From Chlamydiia bacterium (GTDB lineage Bacteria; Chlamydiota; Chlamydiia; Chlamydiales; RGXB01): 64,000 nucleotides of DNA. The notes below the pieces were generated by a model that was not told the origin of the DNA, did no database searches, and worked only from the letters and a program-made list of their open reading frames with translations. Positions 11,698 to 22,241 of the stretch are shown in pieces. Location of the stretch: positions 1 to 64,000 of the forward strand of contig JBEIFH010000002.1 in assembly GCA_040382515.1 (NCBI GenBank), given 5' to 3'. The stretch's first letter is position 1; the number at the start of each line of letters is the position of its first letter. A program made the translations under genes and the position numbers.

Positions 11698-13383
11698 ATG
11701 CTAAAAGATCGTTTCTATCCGATGATTTTTACCTCTTTTGCGGGGTATACATGGTCTCAGATGGTAAAAGATCTTTTAGCAGGAATGCTTGTAGCGATCA
11801 TTGCCCTTCCTTTATCCATAGCATTCGGGATAGCAAGTGGTGTCACACCTGCTATTGGATTAATGACCTCCATCATAGGCGGTTTTATTGTCTCTTTGTT
11901 TAGCGGAAGCTCTGTCCAAGTCGCAGGCCCTACGGGGGCTTTTATTGTCATTGTTTACGAAATACTCATGCAGTACGGACTTGTAGGACTTATGCAGTCC
12001 ACTCTGATTGCCGGTTTCCTTTTGATTGCAATGGGAGCTAGCGGTGTCGGATCGTGGCTGCGATTTATTTCCCGCCCCGTGGTGGTTGGTTTCACGGCAG
12101 GGATTGCCGTTACTATTTTCACCTCCCAAATAAAAGACTCTTTAGGGCTTGATATGGGTACCGTCCCGCCCCACTTTGTCGACAAGATGCTAGCATTTTG
12201 GCAAAATATCGAGAGTGTCAATCCCTATGCCGTCTTTACTGTTGTGCTCACTTTGACCTTAATCCAGTCTATCCATTATTTTAAAAAAACTTTCCCGGCC
12301 CCCTTTATTTCGCTTATTGCCGTGACGGCTTTGAGCTATTTTTTCCAATTTCCGGTAGAAACAATTCAGTCAAGATTTGGAAAACTTTCTCTTGCGTTAG
12401 AATTTATTCCTTTGTTTCCGCTCGACCTCGATCGAATCACTGTTCTTTTTCCCGCTGCTTTTACAATCGCCCTTTTAGGTGCTATAGAATCTCTTTTATG
12501 CGCACTTGTTGCTGATGGTATGGTCGGAGAAAGGCACCGCTCCAACACAGAATTGATAGCACAAGGGTTGGCAAATATCACTACACCGTTATTTGGTGGA
12601 ATCCCCGTGACTGGTGCTATAGCCAGGACTGCTGCTAACGTGCGCGCCGGGGCTAAAACCCCCCTTGCTGGATTGAGCCATGCAGTTTTTCTTTTTATTA
12701 TTGTCTTTTTTTTACAAGACTCGGTGGTCTACATCCCCATGGCCTCCCTGGCTGCCGTTTTGATGCTGGTAGCCTATAACATGTCTGAGTGGAAAAGCTG
12801 GAGGCATATCTATCAATCCACTAAAGCCGATTTTCTTGTGTTTCTTACAACATTCGGAATCACAGTGTTCCTCGATTTGATTGCTGCAATCCAAGTTGGT
12901 GTGTTGATGTCAGCATTCCTTTTTGTCGACAGAATGTCCAAAGCCGCCTCTGTAAAAAAACTTGAGGGGGAATTTATGACCGTCACCAGCACAAAATCAC
13001 AAAAAGGGGAAGTTGCTGACGTTAAATCGTTGAAGATACCACCTGATTTGGATGTTTTTGAATTCCAAGGGGCCCTATTCTTTGGTGCGTATGCAAAATT
13101 CGACCTTACTTTCCACGAATTAGGTCGTTATAAAAAAAACATAGCCCTCCGTTTTAATCAGATTGCAACCATGGACGGCACGGCTATCTACTTTTTGAAA
13201 GGGTTTGCAGAAGAGACCGCTAGAGACGGAGGTAAACTATTTTTTGTAGAATTAAACGATGACTGTTATGAAACCGTAATTAACTCTACATTAATGGAGT
13301 CGCTGCCAAAAGAAAATATCTTCCCTAAGCTAGAAAATTTACTGGAACATCTACAAACGACACAAGTTGCTCCTCCACGTTAG
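11698..13383 (+). CDS. sulP: SulP family anion/dicarboxylate transporter with STAS domain
   Basis: GPTGAF, ESLLCALVAD, SNTELIAQG, GAIARTAANV, GALFFGA. Confidence 0.93.
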   Translation: MLKDRFYPMIFTSFAGYTWSQMVKDLLAGMLVAIIALPLSIAFGIASGVTPAIGLMTSIIGGFIVSLFSGSSVQVAGPTGAFIVIVYEILMQYGLVGLMQSTLIAGFLLIAMGASGVGSWLRFISRPVVVGFTAGIAVTIFTSQIKDSLGLDMGTVPPHFVDKMLAFWQNIESVNPYAVFTVVLTLTLIQSIHYFKKTFPAPFISLIAVTALSYFFQFPVETIQSRFGKLSLALEFIPLFPLDLDRITVLFPAAFTIALLGAIESLLCALVADGMVGERHRSNTELIAQGLANITTPLFGGIPVTGAIARTAANVRAGAKTPLAGLSHAVFLFIIVFFLQDSVVYIPMASLAAVLMLVAYNMSEWKSWRHIYQSTKADFLVFLTTFGITVFLDLIAAIQVGVLMSAFLFVDRMSKAASVKKLEGEFMTVTSTKSQKGEVADVKSLKIPPDLDVFEFQGALFFGAYAKFDLTFHELGRYKKNIALRFNQIATMDGTAIYFLKGFAEETARDGGKLFFVELNDDCYETVINSTLMESLPKENIFPKLENLLEHLQTTQVAPPR

Positions 13384-14497
13384 AGACTAGCTGCGGATTT
13401 AACTCTCTCAATTTCGAAATGATGGCTCTTAACCGCATTAAATCCCCCCTCTCAAGCGCGAAATCTGTGAGAGATTGAACAATCTTTTCCTCCTGAGCTT
13501 TGAGAGCGCTCTCTTTTTGGTGCAAAAAACTCAGCCCCTTCATAATCTCCTCTTCTCTGGATAGTAATAGCTCCTCTTTTTGAGCAATCAACTGCAGCTG
13601 ACGAATCCCCTCCTCCTCTCTTTCGAGCATCTGTTCCTCTTTTTCTTGTCGAACACCATCGATTCTTTGCCTCTCAATATCGTGCGCTATCTCTTTTTCT
13701 TGGGCTTGGATGAACTGCTTTTGCAAAGTTTCGTATTGGTCTCTTAAGATTTTAAATGATTGCTCATTTTTTACCATTTCCCCAACGCTCACCTCAAATC
13801 TGCCGCTCATCGATTCTAAATTCGTAACATGCCCTTTGAGTAATGAATTCGAGCTTTTCAGCTCCTCATTTTCCTCATCGAACCTGCGCACATTTTGAAG
13901 AAGCTCCTTGACTTTCTCAGTCAGCTCCCCTATCTGATCGCTTAATTGCTCGTTTGACTGCCTTAGCTCGTCATTTTCTTGGTCAAATCTTGTCACCGTT
14001 TGCTGCAACGCAACCACTTTATTACTCAATTCTCCCACTTGCCCTTTGAGATGGCTATTAGACTGTTCCAAGCTTTTATTTTGATCTTCAAAAAAATGCA
14101 CCTGCCCTTTTAATCGACCATTTTCTGCAAGCATATCATCGAATATCTGATTTTGCGACTTTAGTTGACGGTATTTCCCCGCCAAGACAAATCCGCCGCC
14201 GCCAAGTATAATGCAACCTAAACCCAACGTGAGAATGTAGGGATCCTTGAGAAGTACCCCGGCTATTACAGCGACTGTACCTGCTATACCCGCGAATCCG
14301 GCAACACCTTGATAGGCAGATATAACAATAGTTGCCCGGTCTTTGAAATACTCTTGCTTTTGAGGTCTTAGATCGGTAGAAACCGATCTTGCCTGAGGGG
14401 TTGCCTGCTCTAAATCTTCCGATTGTGCGATCGAAATGGGGCTCGCCTGCCCTGCGACTGAATCTAATGCAGCAGAAGAAAGTGTTGCAGCTATCAT
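13325..14497 (-). CDS. IncA-like inclusion membrane protein (bilobed hydrophobic domain plus long coiled coil)
   Basis: Ser/Ala-rich N-terminus; two hydrophobic lobes (aa ~56-83 and ~87-107) split by KDP; heptad coiled coil with 35-aa and 21-aa internal repeats. Confidence 0.7.
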   Translation of the reverse strand: MIAATLSSAALDSVAGQASPISIAQSEDLEQATPQARSVSTDLRPQKQEYFKDRATIVISAYQGVAGFAGIAGTVAVIAGVLLKDPYILTLGLGCIILGGGGFVLAGKYRQLKSQNQIFDDMLAENGRLKGQVHFFEDQNKSLEQSNSHLKGQVGELSNKVVALQQTVTRFDQENDELRQSNEQLSDQIGELTEKVKELLQNVRRFDEENEELKSSNSLLKGHVTNLESMSGRFEVSVGEMVKNEQSFKILRDQYETLQKQFIQAQEKEIAHDIERQRIDGVRQEKEEQMLEREEEGIRQLQLIAQKEELLLSREEEIMKGLSFLHQKESALKAQEEKIVQSLTDFALERGDLMRLRAIISKLRELNPQLVSNVEEQLVSFVDVPVNFLA

Positions 14498-14672
14498 AAA
14501 ATCTTGTATCCCAAATGTAAATGAAATATTTTATTAACATACTTTTGGATATTTTGTTAAGTATTTTTTTAGGAAAAAAATCAAAGATCCGATTATCTCA
14601 TTAAGCTTTAAAAGGGGCTCACGAAGGGTTTTTCGTTGTATATATAAAATCTTTCTGGTAAAAAAAGAATTT

Positions 14673-15392
14673 ATGGAAGCAAAAAAAATCGTCCCATCTC
14701 GCGATCACGTAGCTCAGATGTTTGATTCGATTGGTAAATTGTACGATGTTGCAAATCGTTGTATTTCGTTTGGAATCGACCCGTTATTTCGCAGAGCGCT
14801 AGTGAAAACTATTCCTAAAGATCGCCCTCTGGAACTCGTAGACATTGCAACAGGAACTTGCGACCAACTCCTTTATTGCTTGAAAAAAAGGGGAAACATA
14901 ACCAAGGCAACCGGCATAGACGTTTCGAAGGAGATGCTGAAGGCCGGCCTGAAAAAGGTGATGAAACTGGGCTATAGCTCCATGGTGGATCTCAAAATTG
15001 AAGATGGCCAAAACACCTCATTTGCTGATTTATCCTTTGATGTTGCGACCTTGAGTTTTGGAATACGTAATTTCAAAGATCCGCTTAAAGGTTTACAAGA
15101 AATACATAGGATTTTGAAAAAAGAGGGAAGTCTCCATATTCTGGAATTTTCCACACCCTTAAATAGGCTTTTTAAGGGATTTTTCCTCTTTTATATCCGT
15201 CACATTCTCCCAAAAATTGGGGCCTGGATCACCTCAAATTTACATGCCTACCAATACCTGCACCAGACGATTGAGACGTTTGCACAGCGCGAAAGTTTTG
15301 TGGAAATTTTAGGTAAGGCAGGTTTTATTGATACGAGCTATAAATCCCTCTTTTTTGGAATTGTTACCATTTACACAGGACGAAAACCGTGA
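14673..15392 (+). CDS. menG: Demethylmenaquinone methyltransferase (UbiE/MenG)
   Basis: MFDSIG..YDVAN, DIATGT, SFGIRN, ILEFS; heads the men operon. Confidence 0.93.
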   Translation: MEAKKIVPSRDHVAQMFDSIGKLYDVANRCISFGIDPLFRRALVKTIPKDRPLELVDIATGTCDQLLYCLKKRGNITKATGIDVSKEMLKAGLKKVMKLGYSSMVDLKIEDGQNTSFADLSFDVATLSFGIRNFKDPLKGLQEIHRILKKEGSLHILEFSTPLNRLFKGFFLFYIRHILPKIGAWITSNLHAYQYLHQTIETFAQRESFVEILGKAGFIDTSYKSLFFGIVTIYTGRKP

Positions 15393-16423
15393 TTGATTGG
15401 CTCTTTGAGGATGATACCTATCCTAAATTTCTTTTTGCGACACCCCAATTTATTTTCGGAGGCTATGGGATTAAAGCTAGCTTTGAAGAACCGCTGAAGG
15501 GGGTATATCCCTTGATTGGTTTCAGAGATTTCTTCCCCTTCAAACGCAAAAGTGATTTATGGAGCCTTTTTCCCTCAAAAATGTGGATCCAGCCCGCTTC
15601 GTATCGGATAGAGTCGAGGGTTTATCCGGTCATTGAGCCTCTTGAAAAAGCATTAGACCGCAAAGATTTTCCGGATAAGGAAAGCTACACAAAAACTTTC
15701 CAAAAGGGGTTTGAGGGGATCGAAAAAATTGTCTTAGCCCGAAAGACAGCCCTCAGATTTGCATCGCCTCTTGAAGCGAAACATCTCATCAATAACCACC
15801 TCTCTATTTTCCGCTCCCAAGACATCTTTTTTTTCATGCCTGAAAAAGGGGTAGCTTTTATGGGGGCAACGCCAGAGCGATTGTATGAGAGGAAGGAAGA
15901 TAAAATTTACACGGCTGCTATCGCCGGAACCCTGCCCATAGATCAGAACCCCAACACCCTTTTAGAATCTAAAAAGGATCTGTTAGAACACCAATTTGTC
16001 GTAAAAGACCTTAAAGAAAAGCTCTTGAAGGTTTGCTCCGAGGTCACCCTTAGTCCCCACCCGGAGATCATCACCTCCCATCAACTCTACCATTTGAGAA
16101 CAGGACTGGAGGGTACCCTTAAGCCGGGAGTTGAAGATAAGGATCTCATCGAGCTGTTACATCCGACAAGCGCTGTTTCTGGCTACCCTCAGGTATCTGC
16201 GTTAGAACAGCTCTATCACGTGGAGCCTTTTGACCGGGGTTTATACGCCGCTCCTTTTGCATTAATGTTGGACGGAACCACGCTGGCCTCTGTTGCAATC
16301 CGTTCTATACTTCTCAAAAACGATCATCTTTATCTATTCGCAGGAAGTGGCCTGGTTGAAGGATCGACTATTGACCAAGAATGGAATGAACTCAATCACA
16401 AAATTTCGCCCTACCTATGGTAA
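15389..16423 (+). CDS. menF: Isochorismate synthase (compact)
   Basis: KIVLAR, GATPERL, AIAGT, EHQFV, LHPTSAVSGYP, RGLYA, FAGSGLV. Confidence 0.9.
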   Translation: MIDWLFEDDTYPKFLFATPQFIFGGYGIKASFEEPLKGVYPLIGFRDFFPFKRKSDLWSLFPSKMWIQPASYRIESRVYPVIEPLEKALDRKDFPDKESYTKTFQKGFEGIEKIVLARKTALRFASPLEAKHLINNHLSIFRSQDIFFFMPEKGVAFMGATPERLYERKEDKIYTAAIAGTLPIDQNPNTLLESKKDLLEHQFVVKDLKEKLLKVCSEVTLSPHPEIITSHQLYHLRTGLEGTLKPGVEDKDLIELLHPTSAVSGYPQVSALEQLYHVEPFDRGLYAAPFALMLDGTTLASVAIRSILLKNDHLYLFAGSGLVEGSTIDQEWNELNHKISPYLW

Positions 16424-16426
16424 TTT

Positions 16427-18124
16427 ATGAATACCGCTTACTGGAACACGCATTTTTCGGAAACTGTTATCGAAGAACTTATCGCGCAGAACATTCGTCA
16501 TTTTTGTATCGCACCCGGATCGAGATCCAGTGCGTTGAGTTTGGCCGCGAAAAGAAATCCGCTCGCAAAAGTTTGGACCCATTTTGACGAAAGGGGTCTT
16601 GGGTTTATCGCCCTAGGTCTTTCCAAAGTACATAAAGAGCCTGTTGTGATTATTGTCACTTCAGGAAGTGCTTTGGCAAATTTATTGCCGGCAGTCATAG
16701 AGGCCTTCCAAACTCACACACCGCTGGTTGTGCTCACTGCAGACCGCCCACCTGAACTGCACCAATCTATGGCAAATCAGACCATCGAGCAGTACGATTT
16801 TTTCAACCCTTTTATCCGTTTCCATTTTCAGTTTCCCCCCCCTTCCTCTGAGATACCTGAGAGCTTTACAAAATCTATGGTAGCACATGGAGTTTTCATC
16901 GCTAATTCGGAAAATGGTGGGCCCATCCACCTCAATTGCCAATTTCGGACACCGCTGGTGCATCCTGCTATTAAGGAGCGCCCTTTTTTTAGCCCAAAAA
17001 CCCAATTCAAGACTGTAAAGAGGACCCTTTCTGAAGGCGAGGCGTTGGAAATACAGAGAAATATTCTTTGTTATGAGAAAGGGGTGATCGTTGTTGGTGA
17101 AACAAATGGTATCAATCCAAAACATGTTTTAGAATTATCGAAACATTTAGATTGGCCCCTGATTCTAGACCCGCTTTCCAATTGTAGAAAGCTCCCTTCG
17201 CACCATTCAATTTTGCAAAATTACGAAAATCTTCTCGATGAGCTCAAACCGGATATCGTGCTGAAATTTGGGGATCGATTTGTCTCAAAAAAAATCGACG
17301 CCTGGTTGAATACGATAGCCGAGGTCGTTTTTGTAAGCCCCCATACACAAAGGTGTGATCCTGAACATGCGATCACCTATAGACTGGTGATGGATCCATC
17401 CCAATTCATCCACGACATTATCCAGTATACACCCCGAAGGCTCCCCTCAAATTTCAGCAAAAATTGCGGTGAACTTGCAGAAGCCAGTAAGGCCTCTATC
17501 GATAAAGCCCTTTTTGAAGATCCCATAATTTCGGAAATAGCTTTCATACGTCTTTTATCCAAGAGCTCCATCTTTTTTAATACGTTTATCGGCAATAGCA
17601 TGCCCATAAGACATGTGGACCGGGTTTTTTATCCCGAAGAACACCGGGGAGATTTGTTTGCCAATAGAGGACACTCGGGTATCGATGGAAACATAGCGAC
17701 AGCAATTGGCATAGCCCTTAAAAAGGAGAGGATGACGGTCGCTCTTTTAGGCGATATGACCTTCTGGCATGATTTTAACTCTCTATTTTTTCTTAAAAAA
17801 AATCCCGTTCCCCTTCTTTTGATTGTTTTTAACAATGGGGGAGGACAGATATTCAACTACCTTGAGGGGGTTAAAGATCTTGTTGAGAAAGAGGAATTAT
17901 TTTTGATGCCTAATGAACTCGATTACAAACAGGTAGCGAATCTCTTTCAACTTGAATACCACTATTTCAATGAGGATGTTTGTATCGAGACACTACTTAA
18001 AAAGAAAGTTCCGATTCTTTTGGAAATCAAAACCTATCATGCAGATGATGTAAAACATGTTGAACGTTTAAAAACCACCTTGGAATGGAATCTAAAAGAC
18101 AAAGTATCTCTCCTTTACACATAA
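16427..18124 (+). CDS. menD: SEPHCHC synthase
   Basis: APGSRS, HFDERG, TSGSA, TADRP, NRGHSGIDG, GDMTFWHD..NNGGGQIF (ThDP motif). Confidence 0.96.
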   Translation: MNTAYWNTHFSETVIEELIAQNIRHFCIAPGSRSSALSLAAKRNPLAKVWTHFDERGLGFIALGLSKVHKEPVVIIVTSGSALANLLPAVIEAFQTHTPLVVLTADRPPELHQSMANQTIEQYDFFNPFIRFHFQFPPPSSEIPESFTKSMVAHGVFIANSENGGPIHLNCQFRTPLVHPAIKERPFFSPKTQFKTVKRTLSEGEALEIQRNILCYEKGVIVVGETNGINPKHVLELSKHLDWPLILDPLSNCRKLPSHHSILQNYENLLDELKPDIVLKFGDRFVSKKIDAWLNTIAEVVFVSPHTQRCDPEHAITYRLVMDPSQFIHDIIQYTPRRLPSNFSKNCGELAEASKASIDKALFEDPIISEIAFIRLLSKSSIFFNTFIGNSMPIRHVDRVFYPEEHRGDLFANRGHSGIDGNIATAIGIALKKERMTVALLGDMTFWHDFNSLFFLKKNPVPLLLIVFNNGGGQIFNYLEGVKDLVEKEELFLMPNELDYKQVANLFQLEYHYFNEDVCIETLLKKKVPILLEIKTYHADDVKHVERLKTTLEWNLKDKVSLLYT

Positions 18125-18813
18125 AGAACCCGGTTTTGATTATCGGTGGATTTGCGTCAGTCGAGGAGGATTTTGAACCGCTCATTAGCGAACTTAGATC
18201 TTGGTGCAGCCCCATATCCATTTTGTTACCCGATGGGGATATGGAGATTGTAATAGAAAAAATCACCTGCTTTCTTGATTCTTTAGGCCTAAAAAAAATC
18301 CCGGTGATCGGCTACTCGATGGGCGGCAGGGTTGCCCTGGAAATTTATAGGAATAAACCCGATTACTTCCACCAATTGATTTGCCTATCCACCAGAGTGT
18401 TAACCGATTCCTTTTGCATAAAAAAACGGGCGGCTTTTGAAAAAGATGTTTTATTAAAAATCACCGAGTTAGATCCGGAAAGTTTTTTTAATTGGTGGTA
18501 TTCGTTACCTCTATTTGCAGGATACACACCTCCAAAAAAATCCTTGCAAGCTAAAATTCGTCTAGGGGCAACAAAACTTTTAGAACAATTTAAACGGTTG
18601 AGTATACTCAAGCAGGCCCCATTTGATCCTCAATTTACCCAACCCGTCCATTTCATTTACGGTCAAAAAGATCCTCTTGAGAAAGAAATGGGAGATTGTT
18701 TTAAGGATGCACCCCAACCTATTTTTCAACACACCTTACCCGCTTGCGGCCATCTGGTTCATCTGGAGCAGCCTTTCCAATTAGCTAAGCTTTTAAAAAG
18801 GATTTTAACATGA
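18085..18813 (+). CDS. menH: SHCHC synthase (alpha/beta hydrolase)
   Basis: GYSMGGRVA nucleophile, [13 protein letters not shown]; lies between menD and menB. Confidence 0.88.
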   Translation: MESKRQSISPLHIKNPVLIIGGFASVEEDFEPLISELRSWCSPISILLPDGDMEIVIEKITCFLDSLGLKKIPVIGYSMGGRVALEIYRNKPDYFHQLICLSTRVLTDSFCIKKRAAFEKDVLLKITELDPESFFNWWYSLPLFAGYTPPKKSLQAKIRLGATKLLEQFKRLSILKQAPFDPQFTQPVHFIYGQKDPLEKEMGDCFKDAPQPIFQHTLPACGHLVHLEQPFQLAKLLKRILT

Positions 18814-19616
18814 AATTTGAAGATATTCTCTATAAAAAAGAATCTCAAATAGCCTGGATCACAATCAATAGACCGCAAAAAAGAAACGCGTTTCGACCTT
18901 TAACAGTAAAGGAGATGATTTTTGCTCTTGAGGATGCGATCGAGGATCTGGATATCGGAGTGATTGTTCTAAGCGGACAAGGTAAAGAGGCCTTTTGTTC
19001 AGGGGGAGATCAAAGTGTAAGAGGTGACGAGGGTTATAAAGACCTAGATGGCAAAGAGAGTTTAAACGTTTTGAAATTTCAAAAAATCCTCCGCTCGTCC
19101 CCGAAGCCTACAATAGCGATGGTCTCCGGATATGCAATTGGAGGGGGGCATGTTCTGCATGTTCTTTGCGATTTAACGATTGCCGCCGACAACGCTATTT
19201 TTGGTCAGGTTGGCCCCAAAGTGGGCTCTTTTGACGGAGGATTTGGAGCAAGCTATCTCGCACACATTGTAGGGCAGAAAAAAGCCCGGGAAATTTGGTA
19301 TATGTGCCGCCAGTATAACGCGCGTGAAGCACTAATGATGGGTTTAGTAAATGTTGTAGTCCCCTATGAGGAACTCCTTGCAACAACCAAAGAGTGGTGC
19401 GCTACCCTCTTGTCCCGCTCCCCGACAGCCCTCTCTTGTCTGAAAGCTGCATTTAATGCGGACATTGATGGGCAATCAGGGATTCAGGAATTGGCAGGTC
19501 TTGCGACGATGCTTTATTACAAGACCGATGAAGCTAAAGAGGGGAAACAAGCTTTTATAGAAAAAAGAGAGCCAAATTTTCAGCCTTTTAGAGGAAAATA
19601 TGCGTCTGTGGATTGA
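18810..19616 (+). CDS. menB: 1,4-dihydroxy-2-naphthoyl-CoA synthase
   Basis: [34 protein letters not shown]. Confidence 0.98.
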   Translation: MKFEDILYKKESQIAWITINRPQKRNAFRPLTVKEMIFALEDAIEDLDIGVIVLSGQGKEAFCSGGDQSVRGDEGYKDLDGKESLNVLKFQKILRSSPKPTIAMVSGYAIGGGHVLHVLCDLTIAADNAIFGQVGPKVGSFDGGFGASYLAHIVGQKKAREIWYMCRQYNAREALMMGLVNVVVPYEELLATTKEWCATLLSRSPTALSCLKAAFNADIDGQSGIQELAGLATMLYYKTDEAKEGKQAFIEKREPNFQPFRGKYASVD

Positions 19617-20427
19617 GGGGGCCCGGCCGAAAACATGGATAGCCTCTATTAGCCCTGTCGTTATAGGGACGCTGTTGGCCCCCTCGATCGATTGGATCAT
19701 TTTTACTTACACCCTGATGTGTGCGCTTTTTATACAAATGGGGACAAATTTAGCTAATGATTATTACGATTGCATGCAGGGAAAAGACACCTCTATACGT
19801 AAAGGGCCTAGACGTTTAGGGGGATCCGGCCTTGTATCGAAAAATAGACTATTTTGGATGATGTCCGGTACATTTTTTATCGGATTTGTTTTTAGCATCT
19901 TTTTGATCTTAAGGGGCGGTTGGATCATCCTTTTCATGTATGCCCTCGCCATAATACTAGGGATTTTTTACACAAAAGGGCCTATTCACTATGCTTACAA
20001 GGGGCTAAGCGAACCTATCGTCCTCTTTTTTTTAGGTTCTATCGCCGTATTTTTCACAACCTATTTACAAACTCTTGAATGGAGATATTACCCCCTTTTT
20101 GTGGGTCTCGGACCGGGATGTTTTTCGGTAGCCCTGCTTGCTTTGAATAATTTAAGGGATGTAGAGGAGGATCGACTTACCCAAAAAAACACCCTTGTAG
20201 TCCGCTATGGGGAGCGTTTTGGGAAAATAGAAATCACCGGAGCCCTTTTGGCCCCTTTCCTTATCACCCCCTCCCCCTGCAATATCGTTTTGATTCCGGT
20301 TTTATTACCTATTTTAAAAAAGCTTTGGAATGACGAGGAGATCCCCCACCTGTTAGGGAAAATAGGGGGTGCCTATATTTTATACACCTTGCTTTATTGC
20401 ATTGATGCCCTGGTGCTATGGAAATAA
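19600..20427 (+). CDS. menA: DHNA prenyltransferase
   Basis: [31 protein letters not shown]. Confidence 0.95.
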   Translation: MRLWIEGARPKTWIASISPVVIGTLLAPSIDWIIFTYTLMCALFIQMGTNLANDYYDCMQGKDTSIRKGPRRLGGSGLVSKNRLFWMMSGTFFIGFVFSIFLILRGGWIILFMYALAIILGIFYTKGPIHYAYKGLSEPIVLFFLGSIAVFFTTYLQTLEWRYYPLFVGLGPGCFSVALLALNNLRDVEEDRLTQKNTLVVRYGERFGKIEITGALLAPFLITPSPCNIVLIPVLLPILKKLWNDEEIPHLLGKIGGAYILYTLLYCIDALVLWK

Positions 20428-22241
20428 TCCGCTATCGTTGCAAACCCCCTTTTGAGGGGGAAAAGAGTTTGATTCGGTTGTTTGTCGAGGGGCAGTATGT
20501 GGAACTCCCCTACACCCCGGGGGTTCTATTTCCCTTGGAAATGGCCTCACTAAAAGCATGCCGATCGATACCGCTCGCTTTTTTCATCGCAGACAGCAAG
20601 GATATAGAAAGGGCAAAATCTGCGACTACGGTCAAGATCAAAATCACCCATCTGGATTTTGAGGAGGGTATAGACCTCGTTGCCCAAACAGTCCGCTCTC
20701 TTAAATGTAAAATCCGGATAGATGCCAATAGAACATTGTCGGTAGAACAGGTTCAAATTCTTAAGGCGCTTATACCGGTTGAAAGACTTGATTATTTTGA
20801 AGAGCCGACACAAAAAATTGAGGATGTTCTCCACTTAGATATCCCCTTGGCTTTGGATGAGAGCTTTCTTGAAGAGGGATGGGAAAAAAAACTCGGATAC
20901 AGCCAGGTGGTCGCAGCAGTTGTAAAACCCTACAGAGTCTTTTACAAACCGATTGTAGAGCAGGCCTTTTCAATTGGCAAAAGGGTCGTCTTAAGCGCCA
21001 CACTTGAAGATTCTCTCCCGATTTTAAAGTTGGCCACCCATCTGGGGCTTTTGGATGAACCGATAGGCATTGACATTGATCGTTTTAAAACCCCCGTGCT
21101 CCCCTGTCCCATAGCAGCAGCCAATCCCGATAAAATTGCTTTGATCGCAGATGGAAAAGAGATCACCTATGGATTGCTGCATTCATGGATTCTTGATTGT
21201 GATTTTGAACAAATAAAAACCTTTGAAGGCCAAAGTTTGCTAAACCGTATCATCCTCTTTTTTGCCCTTTTGAGAAACGGACAGGACGTAGATTTTGAAA
21301 CGATACCCCGCTTCAAAAGGGAACACTCCACCTCTATCCCTAAACTTGCAAAAATATTTATAAAGACATCCGGGACCACAGGGTTGCCGAAAAAAATCTG
21401 TTGGAACTGGGGAAGTTTATTAGAGAACATAAAAGAGCAACTGGAATCCTACCCCGATTTTAAAGGTGCCTCGTTTCGCACATCACTAGACCTTTCCCGC
21501 ATGGGGGGGCTGATGTCTATTTTACGCCCCCTTTTATCAGAGGGTACCTTAATATTGGATGGAACAACTATAGCCTGTTTTGAGAGCGCCGTTCCCACTC
21601 AAGTATTTAAAAAATTGCAGTCAAATACCCCCTATTTTGCAAAAAAACTGCTTATTGGAGGGGCCAAATGTCCCGAAAAAACACTAAAACTTGTTAAAGA
21701 TTGGGGTCTAACCCCTATTATCATTTATTCCTCGTCTGAGTTGGGTGCTTGTTTGCTTGATCATAAACCTCTAAAAAATACCAGGGTGCTTATTGACGAC
21801 AAGGGGTGCTTAAGAATAAAAAAGGGTGGGGTTTCTGAGGCTGCTTTACAAGATAGTGAGGGGTACTATACAACCTCTGATCTGGCCTCCTATTTTGAAG
21901 GGGGGATGGAGATTTTAGGCAGAGCGGATCGGGTAGTCAACACAGGGGGAGAAAAGGTGCTCTTAGATTATATAGAGGCGAAGGCAGAGGAACTGTATCC
22001 CGATTTTCTTTTTTTTGCGTTCGGGAATGAAGATTTACACTGGGGAGAAGCCTTATGTGTAGCATACGATGGACCGGATGTGCCTATTAAAGAAACGTTT
22101 TTTGATGCATTTAAAAAGTTGCTGCCCCCCTATATGGTTCCAAAAGCACTTGTAAGATTACCCGCTAGTTACCCCCCAAAACCGTCAAGAGATTACCTAA
22201 GATTTCTTATAAATTCAAACCTCTCCCCAAGCCATTTTTAG
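20418..22241 (+). CDS. menC-menE: Fused o-succinylbenzoate synthase (MenC) / OSB-CoA ligase (MenE)
   Basis: N-half has enolase-superfamily KIK, RIDAN, YFEEP, ALDES, VVKP. C-half has adenylate-forming TSGTTGLPK, YSSSE, TSDL, GRAD..TGGEKV. Single uninterrupted ORF. Confidence 0.85.
   Translation: MEIIRYRCKPPFEGEKSLIRLFVEGQYVELPYTPGVLFPLEMASLKACRSIPLAFFIADSKDIERAKSATTVKIKITHLDFEEGIDLVAQTVRSLKCKIRIDANRTLSVEQVQILKALIPVERLDYFEEPTQKIEDVLHLDIPLALDESFLEEGWEKKLGYSQVVAAVVKPYRVFYKPIVEQAFSIGKRVVLSATLEDSLPILKLATHLGLLDEPIGIDIDRFKTPVLPCPIAAANPDKIALIADGKEITYGLLHSWILDCDFEQIKTFEGQSLLNRIILFFALLRNGQDVDFETIPRFKREHSTSIPKLAKIFIKTSGTTGLPKKICWNWGSLLENIKEQLESYPDFKGASFRTSLDLSRMGGLMSILRPLLSEGTLILDGTTIACFESAVPTQVFKKLQSNTPYFAKKLLIGGAKCPEKTLKLVKDWGLTPIIIYSSSELGACLLDHKPLKNTRVLIDDKGCLRIKKGGVSEAALQDSEGYYTTSDLASYFEGGMEILGRADRVVNTGGEKVLLDYIEAKAEELYPDFLFFAFGNEDLHWGEALCVAYDGPDVPIKETFFDAFKKLLPPYMVPKALVRLPASYPPKPSRDYLRFLINSNLSPSHF

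Noticed and set aside
14526..14568. Imperfect ~21-bp direct repeat between inc-like gene and menG
   Set aside because: Very AT-rich; could easily arise by chance.
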